Positions 30,081 to 40,183 of a stretch of 64,000 nucleotides of DNA are shown here, one piece after another; within the stretch, counting starts at the first letter, position 1; each line of letters begins with the position of its first letter. The translations under genes and the position numbers were made by a program. The notes under the pieces are model-generated. The model was not told the DNA's origin. It worked only from the letters and a program-made list of their open reading frames with translations, and did not search any database. The stretch comes from Spirochaetota bacterium (GTDB taxonomy: Bacteria; Spirochaetota; UBA4802; UBA5550): NCBI GenBank assembly GCA_963663865.1, contig OY760686.1, positions 3,040,001 to 3,104,000 of the forward strand, written 5' to 3'.

Positions 30081-30716
30081 ATGTTCGACATCAGTGAGTA
30101 TTATGAAACCAGGCCGGTTCAGCCAGGATTGTATCAGGGAATCGACGATATAGAGACAGAAATAAGCTATACCATTGATTCAATCCTTTCAAATCGCTAT
30201 ACCGGGTTGTACACATCCGACAGGTTTAAGACGACTGACGGTTCATTGAATATCTACTACCCTGTTAAAAAATATCCACTCCGTAATTCAGTGTTGATGA
30301 CGCCTGACCGTCTCCGGTTTCTTCTTTCTGTATACCCTTACAGGGAGCCTCTCAGCTCCGTGAACTCAATCATAATTATCCCCAGATATATCGAAACTTC
30401 TTCTATTGAGCTCATGGCAATGTACATACCCGAAAAAAAGGCCCTTGCTCTCTATCTTCACCACAATTACTCACTGAAAGTGAATACTGCCGACGACGTT
30501 CAGTTAAGTACAAATATAAAACCTGAATCAAGCTCGCTCTTCTTCAAATCCGGTGCTCCAGATTTTGCGCCGCTGCTCTGGAGGATTTTAGCATCAATAG
30601 ACAGTTCACCATCCGGACATTCTCAAAAATTTTTTTTGAAAAAATCTCACTTTCCGGACACGGAATACAGTATTTTGAATGACATTTCTTTTTATTACTC
30701 CAGTTATGGGTACTGA
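30081..30716 (+). CDS. Hypothetical protein
   Basis: 211-aa ORF translationally coupled to the next gene; no recognised motif. Confidence 0.6.
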   Translation: MFDISEYYETRPVQPGLYQGIDDIETEISYTIDSILSNRYTGLYTSDRFKTTDGSLNIYYPVKKYPLRNSVLMTPDRLRFLLSVYPYREPLSSVNSIIIIPRYIETSSIELMAMYIPEKKALALYLHHNYSLKVNTADDVQLSTNIKPESSSLFFKSGAPDFAPLLWRILASIDSSPSGHSQKFFLKKSHFPDTEYSILNDISFYYSSYGY

Positions 30717-31510
30717 TGACACTTGTAAACTATCACAATCATACGCCTTTATGCGGCCACGCTTGCGGTACTCCGGAAGATTATATTGAGGTGGCCATTG
30801 CCTCCGGAATTTCTGAAATAGGCTTTTCCGATCATGCACCTATCCCTGAACCTATTCGGGAAAACATAACTATGTCTCCTGAGCAGACTGAGGACTATAT
30901 AAAAGAAATTCTTAGTTTAAAATCTAAGTATAAAGGAATTATCAAAGTTCGGGTTGGTTTTGAAGTTGATTATCCCCTGTTTGAAACCTTTGACCGCAGT
31001 TATCTTTCAGATTCAAGAATAGACTATATTATCGGATCCTGTCATTTTCTTGATGACTGGGCATTTGACAATCCGGAATATAAATCAGAATTTAACCGCA
31101 GAGACATAGACCTGGTTTATAAAGATTACTACGAATGCATGGCCATGCTGGCTTCGTCAGGGATATTTGACATTGTCGGACACTTCGATCTTGTAAAAAA
31201 ATTCGGCCACAGGTCAAAGAAGAGCTTCGAGTCCCAAATCGAACAAATAGCCCGGATAATGTCACAAAACGGCATCGCGGCGGAACTCAATACGGCTGGA
31301 CTGCTTAAACCGGTAAATGAGATTTACCCATCTGAAGATATCCTCCGTATATTTTACAGAATGAATGTTCCAGTGACACTTGGAGCAGACGCGCACTCTC
31401 CGGAAAATGCGGCGTACTATCTCAAGGAAGCTGCGGAATTACTGAAAAAGATCGGATACCGCAAAATATCAGGATTTGAATCGAGAAAGCGATATGAGCT
31501 CGACCTCTAA
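30716..31510 (+). CDS. Histidinol-phosphatase, PHP (HisJ/HisK) family
   Basis: YHNHTPLCGHA, GFSDHAP, GFEVDY, IGSCH, GHFDLVKKF, LGADAHSPE. Confidence 0.9.
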   Translation: MTLVNYHNHTPLCGHACGTPEDYIEVAIASGISEIGFSDHAPIPEPIRENITMSPEQTEDYIKEILSLKSKYKGIIKVRVGFEVDYPLFETFDRSYLSDSRIDYIIGSCHFLDDWAFDNPEYKSEFNRRDIDLVYKDYYECMAMLASSGIFDIVGHFDLVKKFGHRSKKSFESQIEQIARIMSQNGIAAELNTAGLLKPVNEIYPSEDILRIFYRMNVPVTLGADAHSPENAAYYLKEAAELLKKIGYRKISGFESRKRYELDL

Positions 31511-32261
31511 TAATCCCGGATTATCAAATGGCAGCGGCTTCGCTCTGGTTTCTGAACTTTCTGCCTTCTTCCCCGGGCTTATAGCCGGGGTTGCCGCTAA
31601 AGACGCCAACAGTATTAACTACGAAAATGATTTCGACACGATACGCCGACACGAGATAGAGGCAATATCGGCTTACACTGCTTGTAACCCAAAAAACATC
31701 ATTTTTCTGGATCAGGTACACAGCGACAACATTCTTACGGTTGACCGTTATCCGGAGATTGTCTGTAAAATTCACGGACAGGCCGATGCCGTAATAACCC
31801 GGCTGCCTGACATCTGCCCGGTCATACGAACAGCCGACTGCGTACCAGTAATAATCCACGACCCTGTAAAAAATGTCCTGGCAGCGGTCCACTCGGGCTG
31901 GAGAAGCACCGAACTCAATATCACAGGAAAAACAATCGAGACAATGCAAAAACACCACGGTTCCAGACCGGCTGACCTCTATGCGGCTGTTTTGCCTTCA
32001 GCGGGGCCACAGTCATACGAGGTCAGCTATGATGTCGCGTCAAAATTTCCTGCTGAATGTGCAACTATGAAGTCAGAAAGCATATTCCTTGATCTCTGGA
32101 AATGCGTGAGGATGTCGCTTCGTTCCGCCGGGGTTCCATCCGCCAACATTTTTGAAAGCAGAATATGCACCATCAGCAGCAATGCCAGCTTTTTTTCTCA
32201 CAGAAAGGGGGACAAAGGAAGGAACCTCAACTTTGCCTGCATGAAAAAGCCGGCCTGTTAA
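31494..32261 (+). CDS. pgeF: PgeF/YfiH family purine nucleoside phosphorylase (laccase-domain)
   Basis: QVHS, ADAVIT, TADCVPV, HSGWR, FFSHR. Confidence 0.9.
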   Translation: MSSTSNNPGLSNGSGFALVSELSAFFPGLIAGVAAKDANSINYENDFDTIRRHEIEAISAYTACNPKNIIFLDQVHSDNILTVDRYPEIVCKIHGQADAVITRLPDICPVIRTADCVPVIIHDPVKNVLAAVHSGWRSTELNITGKTIETMQKHHGSRPADLYAAVLPSAGPQSYEVSYDVASKFPAECATMKSESIFLDLWKCVRMSLRSAGVPSANIFESRICTISSNASFFSHRKGDKGRNLNFACMKKPAC

Positions 32262-32276
32262 GCCGGCTCACCATAT

Positions 32277-34355
32277 CTATTTATCCGAAATTCTTGAAAA
32301 GTTCATAAGCTTAGTGAAATTTGAAAGTATACCTTCAAGCAAGCTGATTCTGTTATCACGGACCGCAATATCCTTATCCATTACCAGAACCTTATCGAAA
32401 AAACTGTCAATAAGCGGTTTTCCGTTGATAATCATTTTAAACAGGTCTAAATACCTGCTCTCTGTAATCATCATTCCGATATCACCGCTATGCGTTTTAA
32501 AGAATTCATAGAGGGCTTTTTCTTCATCCTCTTTGAGAAGCGGATCCTTAAAGCTAATTTGATAATCAGGGTTTTCCTTCCTGAAACCAGACACGATGTT
32601 ATTCATTCTTTTGAACCCGAGAAGCATTTCGGAAAAACCTTTCTCTTTTCTGAATCGGTTAATACTTTCCGCCCTTCTATGCAGTTCAAGGAAGTCAGTG
32701 CTTTCAGTGGAAAGACAGGCATCAATTTCGTCATAGCTGAAACCGCTTTCAGTAAAGATAGTCTTTGCCCTTGTCCTAACAAATTCAATAATCTTATCAA
32801 CAAGATCACCGCCATTCTTATATAGAGGAGAAAGGCTTTCAAGAAGGCCCCTGAGTTCGATATTAATTCCGTTTTTAATAATAATGTCGACTACTGCATT
32901 AGCCTGCCTCCTCAGTGCATAAGGGTCGGCTGATCCTTTAGGAATATTACCTACTGAGAACGACCCGAAAATATTGTCGATCTTCTCAGCAAGAGAAAGA
33001 CAGATTGACACATCATCATCAGGAACTTCATCTCCCTGGAAACGAGGCCTGTAATGATTTTCAATAGCCTCCGCAACCTCCGGAGCTTCACCGTCCAAAA
33101 GGGCATATATCCTCCCTATTTTACCCTGAAGCGAAGCAAATTCGTAAACCATAGCAGTGTTAAGATCAGTCTTGGAGAGCATTACTGCCCTTTCAACCAG
33201 AGCTTTTCTTGCATCATTAAGCCCCATTGCCTCCGAGAAGCCAAGTGCCGCAGATTTCATACGGATAATTTTGTCATATATTGAACCGAGGTCTCTGTGA
33301 AATAAAACATCCTTAAGGCTATCCACGATGTCCTCGAGTTTCTTCTTCCGGTCTTCAAGAAAAAAGAACCTGGCATCGTTAAAGCGGGCTGTTATTACCC
33401 TCTCATTGCCTGCTCTTATATTTTCTGTCGGCGGATTGTTGGAAACGGCAAGAAATCGGTTCACGAGCTGTCCCCTGGAATCTCTCAAAGCGAAATACTT
33501 CTGATGTTCCCGCATCTCAGCCACGAGAGCAACATCCGGCACGTCAAGGAACTCTTCCTTAAACGAACACACCACAACATGAGGCTTCTCAACAAGAAAT
33601 GTAACTATATCAAGCAGTTCATCATCCTTTTCGCAGACATAACCGGCTTTAGCGGCCTCATCATTAAGCATTTTTTCAATTGTTAACCTTCTTGATTCCT
33701 GATCAAGAACAACACCTGCATCCGCAAGAATAACCCCATATTCTTTGATAGAATTAACTGGAAACATTTTATTATTCTGAATGTAATGACCCCTGGTTGA
33801 TTGAGATGAGGATATTCCGTCCATTTCAAAAGGAACGTGCACATCATTAAAAAGCATCAAAAAATACCTTATTGGCCGTGGATACGTTAAAGTTTTATCC
33901 GACCACTTCATCCTCTTTGGAAATGGAGTGGATTTGACAAGCTCATCGACTATCCGAGGAAGAATAACTACTGTATCTTTTGATTCAAGCTTCCTGGTTG
34001 AAAAAATATATACCCCTTTTTCAGTTTCCCTTTCAAAAACATCATCAATCACCAGGCCGTTTGCCTTCATGAAGCCGTTAAGAGCCCCGGTAGCTTTTCC
34101 GTTACTGTCGTATGCGGCTTTCTTTGCCGGCCCTTTAAGCTCGGCAGTTTCAGAACGCTGTGAGAGCGCAACACCTGAAGCCATTACGGCTATTCGTCTT
34201 GGTGTTGCAAAGACCTTCACTTCAGCAAAATCTACTCTGTTCTCTTCAAGAAGCCTGGAAAACTGATCATGCATGGATTTCACTGCGGACGGTATATAGC
34301 CGGCTGGTATCTCTTCGGATCCTATCTCAAATAAAAAGTTTGCCTCATGTAGCAT
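32277..34355 (-). CDS. glyS: Glycine--tRNA ligase beta subunit
   Basis: FLFEIGSEEIP, TPRR, KGP, FPKRMKW, GNERVITARF, EFASLQG, SADPYALRR. Confidence 0.96.
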   Translation of the reverse strand: MLHEANFLFEIGSEEIPAGYIPSAVKSMHDQFSRLLEENRVDFAEVKVFATPRRIAVMASGVALSQRSETAELKGPAKKAAYDSNGKATGALNGFMKANGLVIDDVFERETEKGVYIFSTRKLESKDTVVILPRIVDELVKSTPFPKRMKWSDKTLTYPRPIRYFLMLFNDVHVPFEMDGISSSQSTRGHYIQNNKMFPVNSIKEYGVILADAGVVLDQESRRLTIEKMLNDEAAKAGYVCEKDDELLDIVTFLVEKPHVVVCSFKEEFLDVPDVALVAEMREHQKYFALRDSRGQLVNRFLAVSNNPPTENIRAGNERVITARFNDARFFFLEDRKKKLEDIVDSLKDVLFHRDLGSIYDKIIRMKSAALGFSEAMGLNDARKALVERAVMLSKTDLNTAMVYEFASLQGKIGRIYALLDGEAPEVAEAIENHYRPRFQGDEVPDDDVSICLSLAEKIDNIFGSFSVGNIPKGSADPYALRRQANAVVDIIIKNGINIELRGLLESLSPLYKNGGDLVDKIIEFVRTRAKTIFTESGFSYDEIDACLSTESTDFLELHRRAESINRFRKEKGFSEMLLGFKRMNNIVSGFRKENPDYQISFKDPLLKEDEEKALYEFFKTHSGDIGMMITESRYLDLFKMIINGKPLIDSFFDKVLVMDKDIAVRDNRISLLEGILSNFTKLMNFSRISDK

Positions 34356-34569
34356 CAATAAGCTCCAGTTCAAATAGAATTAGCTGTTTTCTGTACTCAT
34401 TCCAGATTTCAATTTTTCGAATTAGCGTCCGACAACAAGACGCAGTCCGTTTTAAATTCACTAACAGGCTGCAGGAATATTTACAGTTAACAATTAACAT
34501 TCGCGCGGGGAAGCAGTCAGTCAATTATTTTTTATTTGGGTTTTTTTATTTCGGCAGTTGAGCAGGGGG

Positions 34570-35601
34570 TTATCTGTATCTGGAATTTTTGAGATATGAG
34601 TACGGGTTAACTTTTTTACCATGCGTAATAACTTCAAAATGGAGGTGAGGACCTGTGCTTCTACCGGTATTCCCGCTTCTGGCTATTGTCTGCCCCTGCC
34701 TCACGTACTGGCCGGGCCTTACAATACTCCTTGAAAGGTGAGCGTAAAGCGTCTTATACCCGTCGGGATGGGCAATTATAACAGCGTTGCCGTAACCGCC
34801 AAGCCACCCGGAAAAGGTGACTTTGCCGTATTTGGAAGCCTTGACCCACTCATAGTTGGCCCTTATGTCCATGCCGGAATGAAATTCCATATTTGCCCGG
34901 GTAAACGGGTTTCTGCGCCAACCGTAACCGCAGGTAATAACCCTGCTCCTGACCGGCCATAGGAAGCCGTCATAAATATTCTGAGGCTTCGCGTCAGGAA
35001 CAAAAATCATCCTTCCAGGCGCAATAAAGTCAGGATTTTTAAGATCGTTTTGAGTTACAATCTTCTCAAGAGAAACCTTATATTTTTTCGCGATATCTAC
35101 CAGACTTTTGCCCTTATCCATCTTATGAAGAATTCCGTCCTTATTAGGAATTCTAAGCACCTGACCCACGTTTATCAAATGATATGATTTGAGATTGCTG
35201 CTTCCACAAATAGTATCAATGGATACCCCGTACTGCTGAGCTATGTGAGAGAGTGTCTCGCCTTTTTTAACAATATGTTCTCTGACAATCAGCTTTTCTC
35301 TCTTATCAGGTGATGTATAATCGGTTTTATCGGACATCAGAAGTTTGTCCTTCATGATGTCATCAGATTCAGGCGAGATATCCGACCTGGAATCGTCATG
35401 AAAAACTGAAAGGCTGAAGAATAGGGCCGCGCATAATACAGAAAGACAGACTGAAGTCCTTAAAAGCAGCTTTCTTGGGCTAGTCCTCAAAGTCTTGACC
35501 AGTATCCGCTCTTTTCCGCTCCACAAAAAAACAATATCTCTTTTTGACAGAGACACTGAAAGCCTACCGATCTTTATGACTTTAGAGGGAATAAATTTCA
35601 T
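34570..35601 (-). CDS. LysM-containing M23 family metallopeptidase
   Basis: Two LysM domains, HSGMD, YAHLS, STGPHLHFE. Confidence 0.92.
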   Translation of the reverse strand: MKFIPSKVIKIGRLSVSLSKRDIVFLWSGKERILVKTLRTSPRKLLLRTSVCLSVLCAALFFSLSVFHDDSRSDISPESDDIMKDKLLMSDKTDYTSPDKREKLIVREHIVKKGETLSHIAQQYGVSIDTICGSSNLKSYHLINVGQVLRIPNKDGILHKMDKGKSLVDIAKKYKVSLEKIVTQNDLKNPDFIAPGRMIFVPDAKPQNIYDGFLWPVRSRVITCGYGWRRNPFTRANMEFHSGMDIRANYEWVKASKYGKVTFSGWLGGYGNAVIIAHPDGYKTLYAHLSRSIVRPGQYVRQGQTIARSGNTGRSTGPHLHFEVITHGKKVNPYSYLKNSRYR

Positions 35602-35670
35602 ATCAGGATATCAGACTCCAAACCACTTTCGCATATTATTCAGATATTTCATCTCGGCTGCACTTTGATA

Positions 35671-35697
35671 TTTTCGGCACCAGCCAGGCATCGCTTA
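35671..35697 (-). promoter_or_regulatory. Putative sigma-28 (FliA) promoter of the M23 gene
   Basis: Minus strand TAAG-N15-GCCGAAAA. Confidence 0.45.
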
Positions 35698-35719
35698 ATT
35701 CTTTATTAACAATTGCTGA

Positions 35720-36148
35720 TCAATTTGAGGTTTTCGCTTTCACCGCAGGTTCAGCCGCCTTTTGAACAGTCCCGCTGTAAGAGTCCTCAATCAATTTTTT
35801 TGCATCCTTCTTGTTACCGCCAGTGATAATAATATTGCCCTGAGCGACAACCCCGCGCTGTATTGAAATTACAGGAGCAACTATGTCGCCAAGAACTTTT
35901 CCTGTCTCAAGAAGTTTCACCTCTTCGTCAGCTTTGATGTTGCCTATTACGGTTCCGGCGACAACAACTGACCGGGCAACAATATCTGTTTTAACACGTC
36001 CAGTGACGCCCACAACAAGCTCATCGTCAGTTTTAATCTCGCCTTCAAACTTTCCGTCGATTCGAAGTGATCCGCTAATAAAAAACTTACCTTCAAAAAC
36101 AGAACCGGAACCTATAGTACTGTTGATAATATCACTTTTAGCTGCCAT
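35720..36148 (-). CDS. Bactofilin (polymer-forming cytoskeletal protein)
   Basis: STIG.GS.FEG...GSLRIDG.FEGEI...G.V.G.I.A beta-helix repeats. Confidence 0.92.
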   Translation of the reverse strand: MAAKSDIINSTIGSGSVFEGKFFISGSLRIDGKFEGEIKTDDELVVGVTGRVKTDIVARSVVVAGTVIGNIKADEEVKLLETGKVLGDIVAPVISIQRGVVAQGNIIITGGNKKDAKKLIEDSYSGTVQKAAEPAVKAKTSN

Positions 36149-36288
36149 GTTAACTCCCTTTATGGAATTATAAGTATTTCCTGAATAGTTTTAATCTACC
36201 GGCCTTCAGCATAAAATCAACAATTTAACGCCTTAAAAGCTCGAAGACCGAAAATATGTTATGGATAATAAGCGGGCTGTCTCCGGAG

Positions 36289-37554
36289 TCAAGATATTTT
36301 CAAATCTAACGATTTTAAATCCCTGTCCTTGAGCTTGCCAAGGGTTATAAGTGAAACCTGCGCTCCGGCAAAGAGCTTATCAGAAAGCCTTTGAAAAGAG
36401 CCCATATCGACCGCGTCTATCTGCGCTGAAATCTCATCAAAAGAATAGTTTCTTCCAAACACCATCTCGCTCTTTGCGAGCTGCCCCATTCGGACTTCAT
36501 TGCTTTCGAAGCTCAAAGCCATATTCCCCCGAATGAATGTTTTAGCGTCAGCCAGCTCTTCGTCGCTTATTCCATTTTCAGAAATCTGTCTGCACTCCTC
36601 CAGAATAAGAGAAACGGCCTTTTCAAATTTTGACGGGGCGGTAGCGCAGTAAATCCCGAAAATGCCGGCATCGCTAAATGATGAATGGAAAGAATATATT
36701 GAATAGCTCAGAGCCTGTTCCTCGCGAATCTTCTGAAAAAGCCTTGAAGACATGCTGCCGCCGAGTATTGTGCTCAAAACATACATTGTCCACCTGTCGC
36801 TGTCATCCCGCCTGAGGCCGGGAAGCCCCATGCACAGGTGAACTTGCTCAAGGTCTCTGTTAATGTGGTATTGTCTGGGGATAATAACAGATACGGATTC
36901 GCTGCCCTCTGTATTTGAACCAGGCTTGCAGTCCCTGCTGAAATACTTCGCTATCAGAGCTGAAGCCTCATCAGGATCAAAGTTTCCCGCTATGGCAGCG
37001 ATAGTGTTGGAGGCAAGATAATGCCCCTTAAAAAAGCCGGTAAGTGATTCTCTCGTTGATGATTTTATGCCTTGCTCAGACCCGAGGATTGAGTGCCCAA
37101 GCGGATGCCCGGAGAGCATCTTTTCGACAAAGACATCATGAATATACTCATCAGGTGTATCCTCATACATCCTGATTTCTTCAATAATAACATTTTTTTC
37201 TCTTTCGAGCTCTTGCGGCTCGAACAGGGAATTGTAATACATATCTGAGAGAACGCTGATGGCCAGCTCAAGGTATTCCGCCATTACACTGATATAGTAG
37301 CAGGTGTATTCCCTGTTGGTGGCGGCGTTGTGCTGCCCGCCAACCCTGTCAATTTTGCGTGCAAGTTCCTTCGCGGAACATCCTTCTGTACCTTTAAAAA
37401 GCATATGCTCAACAAAGTGAGCATATCCGTACTCGTCTTCCCTCTCCGATCGGGAACCGGCCTTAAGCCAGATTCCCACGGAAATGGAAGCCGAAGTATT
37501 AATTGGCTCAAGCAGTACTCTGAGCCCGTTATCCTGAGAATATGCAGTAATCAT
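36289..37554 (-). CDS. M16 (pitrilysin) family peptidase
   Basis: GSRSE, HFVEHMLFKGT (HxxEH), NAAT, LGGSMSSRLFQ.IRE. Confidence 0.93.
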   Translation of the reverse strand: MITAYSQDNGLRVLLEPINTSASISVGIWLKAGSRSEREDEYGYAHFVEHMLFKGTEGCSAKELARKIDRVGGQHNAATNREYTCYYISVMAEYLELAISVLSDMYYNSLFEPQELEREKNVIIEEIRMYEDTPDEYIHDVFVEKMLSGHPLGHSILGSEQGIKSSTRESLTGFFKGHYLASNTIAAIAGNFDPDEASALIAKYFSRDCKPGSNTEGSESVSVIIPRQYHINRDLEQVHLCMGLPGLRRDDSDRWTMYVLSTILGGSMSSRLFQKIREEQALSYSIYSFHSSFSDAGIFGIYCATAPSKFEKAVSLILEECRQISENGISDEELADAKTFIRGNMALSFESNEVRMGQLAKSEMVFGRNYSFDEISAQIDAVDMGSFQRLSDKLFAGAQVSLITLGKLKDRDLKSLDLKIS

Positions 37555-39644
37555 TCGGCTGATTCAGTCTTCTCCAGAGCATCCTTTCTGCTCAGGTCGA
37601 CACGTCCCTGCTTGTCCACCTTTACAACCTTGACTTTAAACCGGTCACCAAGAGCCACTACATCAGCGACGCTTCTAACTCTGGCAGTATCAAGATTGGA
37701 GATATGAACAAGGCCTTCTTTGCCGGGAAGATATTCAACAAAGCATCCGAAATCGACAATTTTCTTTACGATACCATCGTAAACATCACCGATCTCAACC
37801 TCACGCACAAGCCCCTGGATTATGCTTGCGGCGCTGTCAATAGACTCCTGTTCATCAGAAGAAACAGTTACAGTACCATCGTCTTCGACATTAATGGAGG
37901 CTCCCGTTTCTTCGATTATTCTTTTTATAACCTTTCCGCCGGCGCCTATAACAACACCAATCTTGTCAGGATCTATCTTGAAAGACTGCATCTTGGGCGC
38001 ATACTTTGACAATTCTGATGCCGGTTTTGATGCAACCTGATTCATTTTATCCAGGATGTAGAGTCTGCCCTCTCTGGCCTGATTCAGCGCATCCTTCATT
38101 ATTTCAGTTGTAATTCCTTCGACTTTGATATCCAGCTGAAATGCCGTTATTCCTTTTTCTGTACCTGTCACCTTGAAATCCATGTCTCCGAGATGGTCTT
38201 CAAGTCCCTGAATATCGCTCAATATCGCGTATTTATCGCCCTCAATAATTAAACCCATCGCTATTCCGGCTACAGCTGCCTTCAACGGTACTCCTGCGTT
38301 AAACATCGACAGCGACCCGGAGCATACAGTTGCCATTGAAGAAGAACCGTTTGATTCCAGAACCTCCGACACCTGACGGATAGTGTAAGGGAAATCCTTT
38401 TCATCAGGGATTACATATTCGAGCGCTCTTTCTGCCAGCATTCCGTGGCCGATCTCACGTCGTCCTGAACCGCCGGTTCTGCCAGTTTCTCCAACGCTGA
38501 ATGGCGGGAAATGATAGTGGAGCATAAACCGCTTTGACGTCTCACCTTCAAGGTTATCCATACGCTGGGCATCAGCAACACTTCCAAGGGTAGTAACACC
38601 AAGACTCTGTGTCTGCCCGCGTGTAAATACAGCTGATCCGTGCGCTCTTGGAAGCAGTCCGATAACTATATCTATGGGCCTGATATCCTTAAGCCCCCGG
38701 CCGTCGGCGCGTTTTCCATCCTGCAATATTCTGCCGCGGAGCACTTCACCGTCAAAGCCGTCAATGATTTCTCTTGTCTGTCCAATTGATTCAGGAAACT
38801 TTTCCGCAAATTCGGCTACAGCCTTTTCAACGATAGCGGCGAAAGCTTTCTCACGCTGTTTTTTTTCTGTAACAGAGCCCAGAGCCTCAACATCTCTGTA
38901 GAAAGCCCCCCTCAGGGCAGCAACAAGCTCCGAATCATTAAGATGAGGGGTAAACTCAAAGGGCTCCTTCTCAACTCGTGACGCGAAATCCCTCTGTCCT
39001 GAACAGATATGCTTGATTTGACCGTGAGCGAACTCGACCGCGGCAAGAACTTCATCTTCCGAAAGACACTGTGCTGAACCTTCAATCATGGTTACAGCCT
39101 TTTCAGTTCCGGCAACTACGAGATCAATATCGCTTTTTTCTGATTCTTCAAAGGTAGGGTTAACGACCCATTCTCCTCCGACACGTCCAACCCTCACCGC
39201 TCCTACAGGCCCCTTAAAGGGAATGCCCGAAACCATCAAAGCAGCAGAAGCAGCGTTTATGGCAAGTACATCAGGCTGGTTTTGTTTGTCATGAGACAGA
39301 ACATAGATTATTATCTGAACCTCATTCAGGAAACCCTCAGGAAATAACGGCCTGAGTGGTCTGTCTGTTAGACGGCACACAAGAGTCTCCCTGTCAGAGG
39401 GCCTTGACTCTCTTTTTATAAATCCGCCGGGGATCTTTCCGGCAGCGTACACTTTTTCTCTATAATCGACCGTCAGCGGGAAAAAATCCTGTCCCTCTCT
39501 GACACTCTTATTCGCTACAACCGAAGCAAAGACCATGGTTTCGCCATAAGCAACGCAAACAGCTCCATCTGCCTGCTTGGCGAGATAGCCTGTATTAAAA
39601 TTAAGCTTCTGCTTTCCTACATCAATACTGAAATCTATACTCAT
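37551..39644 (-). CDS. pnp: Polyribonucleotide nucleotidyltransferase
   Basis: DFFPLTVDY, FTRGQTQ, RREIGHG, ESNGSSSMA, DHLGDMDFK, KH and S1 domains. Confidence 0.98.
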   Translation of the reverse strand: MSIDFSIDVGKQKLNFNTGYLAKQADGAVCVAYGETMVFASVVANKSVREGQDFFPLTVDYREKVYAAGKIPGGFIKRESRPSDRETLVCRLTDRPLRPLFPEGFLNEVQIIIYVLSHDKQNQPDVLAINAASAALMVSGIPFKGPVGAVRVGRVGGEWVVNPTFEESEKSDIDLVVAGTEKAVTMIEGSAQCLSEDEVLAAVEFAHGQIKHICSGQRDFASRVEKEPFEFTPHLNDSELVAALRGAFYRDVEALGSVTEKKQREKAFAAIVEKAVAEFAEKFPESIGQTREIIDGFDGEVLRGRILQDGKRADGRGLKDIRPIDIVIGLLPRAHGSAVFTRGQTQSLGVTTLGSVADAQRMDNLEGETSKRFMLHYHFPPFSVGETGRTGGSGRREIGHGMLAERALEYVIPDEKDFPYTIRQVSEVLESNGSSSMATVCSGSLSMFNAGVPLKAAVAGIAMGLIIEGDKYAILSDIQGLEDHLGDMDFKVTGTEKGITAFQLDIKVEGITTEIMKDALNQAREGRLYILDKMNQVASKPASELSKYAPKMQSFKIDPDKIGVVIGAGGKVIKRIIEETGASINVEDDGTVTVSSDEQESIDSAASIIQGLVREVEIGDVYDGIVKKIVDFGCFVEYLPGKEGLVHISNLDTARVRSVADVVALGDRFKVKVVKVDKQGRVDLSRKDALEKTESAE

Positions 39645-39667
39645 TTATGCACCTCTTATTTTTTTTG

Positions 39668-39790
39668 GGCTTTCCACAGAGATCATAAGATTTCAATCAA
39701 GTCAGAATACAGGAGTCAGGCATCAACCGGGATACCTCACTGCTACATTCTGACATGAAACCTTTGCTCTTCAGGCCTCTATGGAAGGCC
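39668..39790 (-). promoter_or_regulatory. Long stem-loop in the rpsO-pnp spacer (probable RNase III site)
   Basis: GGCTTTCCACAGAG / CTCTATGGAAGGCC outer and GTCAGAAT / ATTCTGAC inner inverted repeats. Confidence 0.55.
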
Positions 39791-39805
39791 GAACTCGAAC
39801 CGGCC

Positions 39806-40063
39806 TTATCGGCGCAGTCCGAGATTTTTTATTATTGATCTGTATCGCTCAAGATCTTTTTTCTTCAGATAAGCAAGCAGTCTTCTTCTCTGACCGACAA
39901 GCTTAAGAAGTCCCCTTCTTGAATGATGATCTTTTGTGTGGATTTTAAAATGCTCAGTCAGGTGGTTGATTCTCTCGGTAAGAATTGCAATCTGTACCTC
40001 TGGAGAACCAGTGTCTCCCTCGTGAGTTTTAAACTTCTCTATTACTTCGCTCTTATTTGTCAT
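39806..40063 (-). CDS. rpsO: 30S ribosomal protein S15
   Basis: [27 protein letters not shown]; AAGGAGG RBS before ATG 40063. Confidence 0.97.
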   Translation of the reverse strand: MTNKSEVIEKFKTHEGDTGSPEVQIAILTERINHLTEHFKIHTKDHHSRRGLLKLVGQRRRLLAYLKKKDLERYRSIIKNLGLRR

Positions 40064-40183
40064 TTTCATGTCCTCCTTAGACAGCTTAACATCAAAAATA
40101 TATTTCACAGTATCGGCATTTAATCAACCACTCAGCGCTGGCGAAGGACTTACGGCCCAGAGGGCCACTGAATGATGATGATT

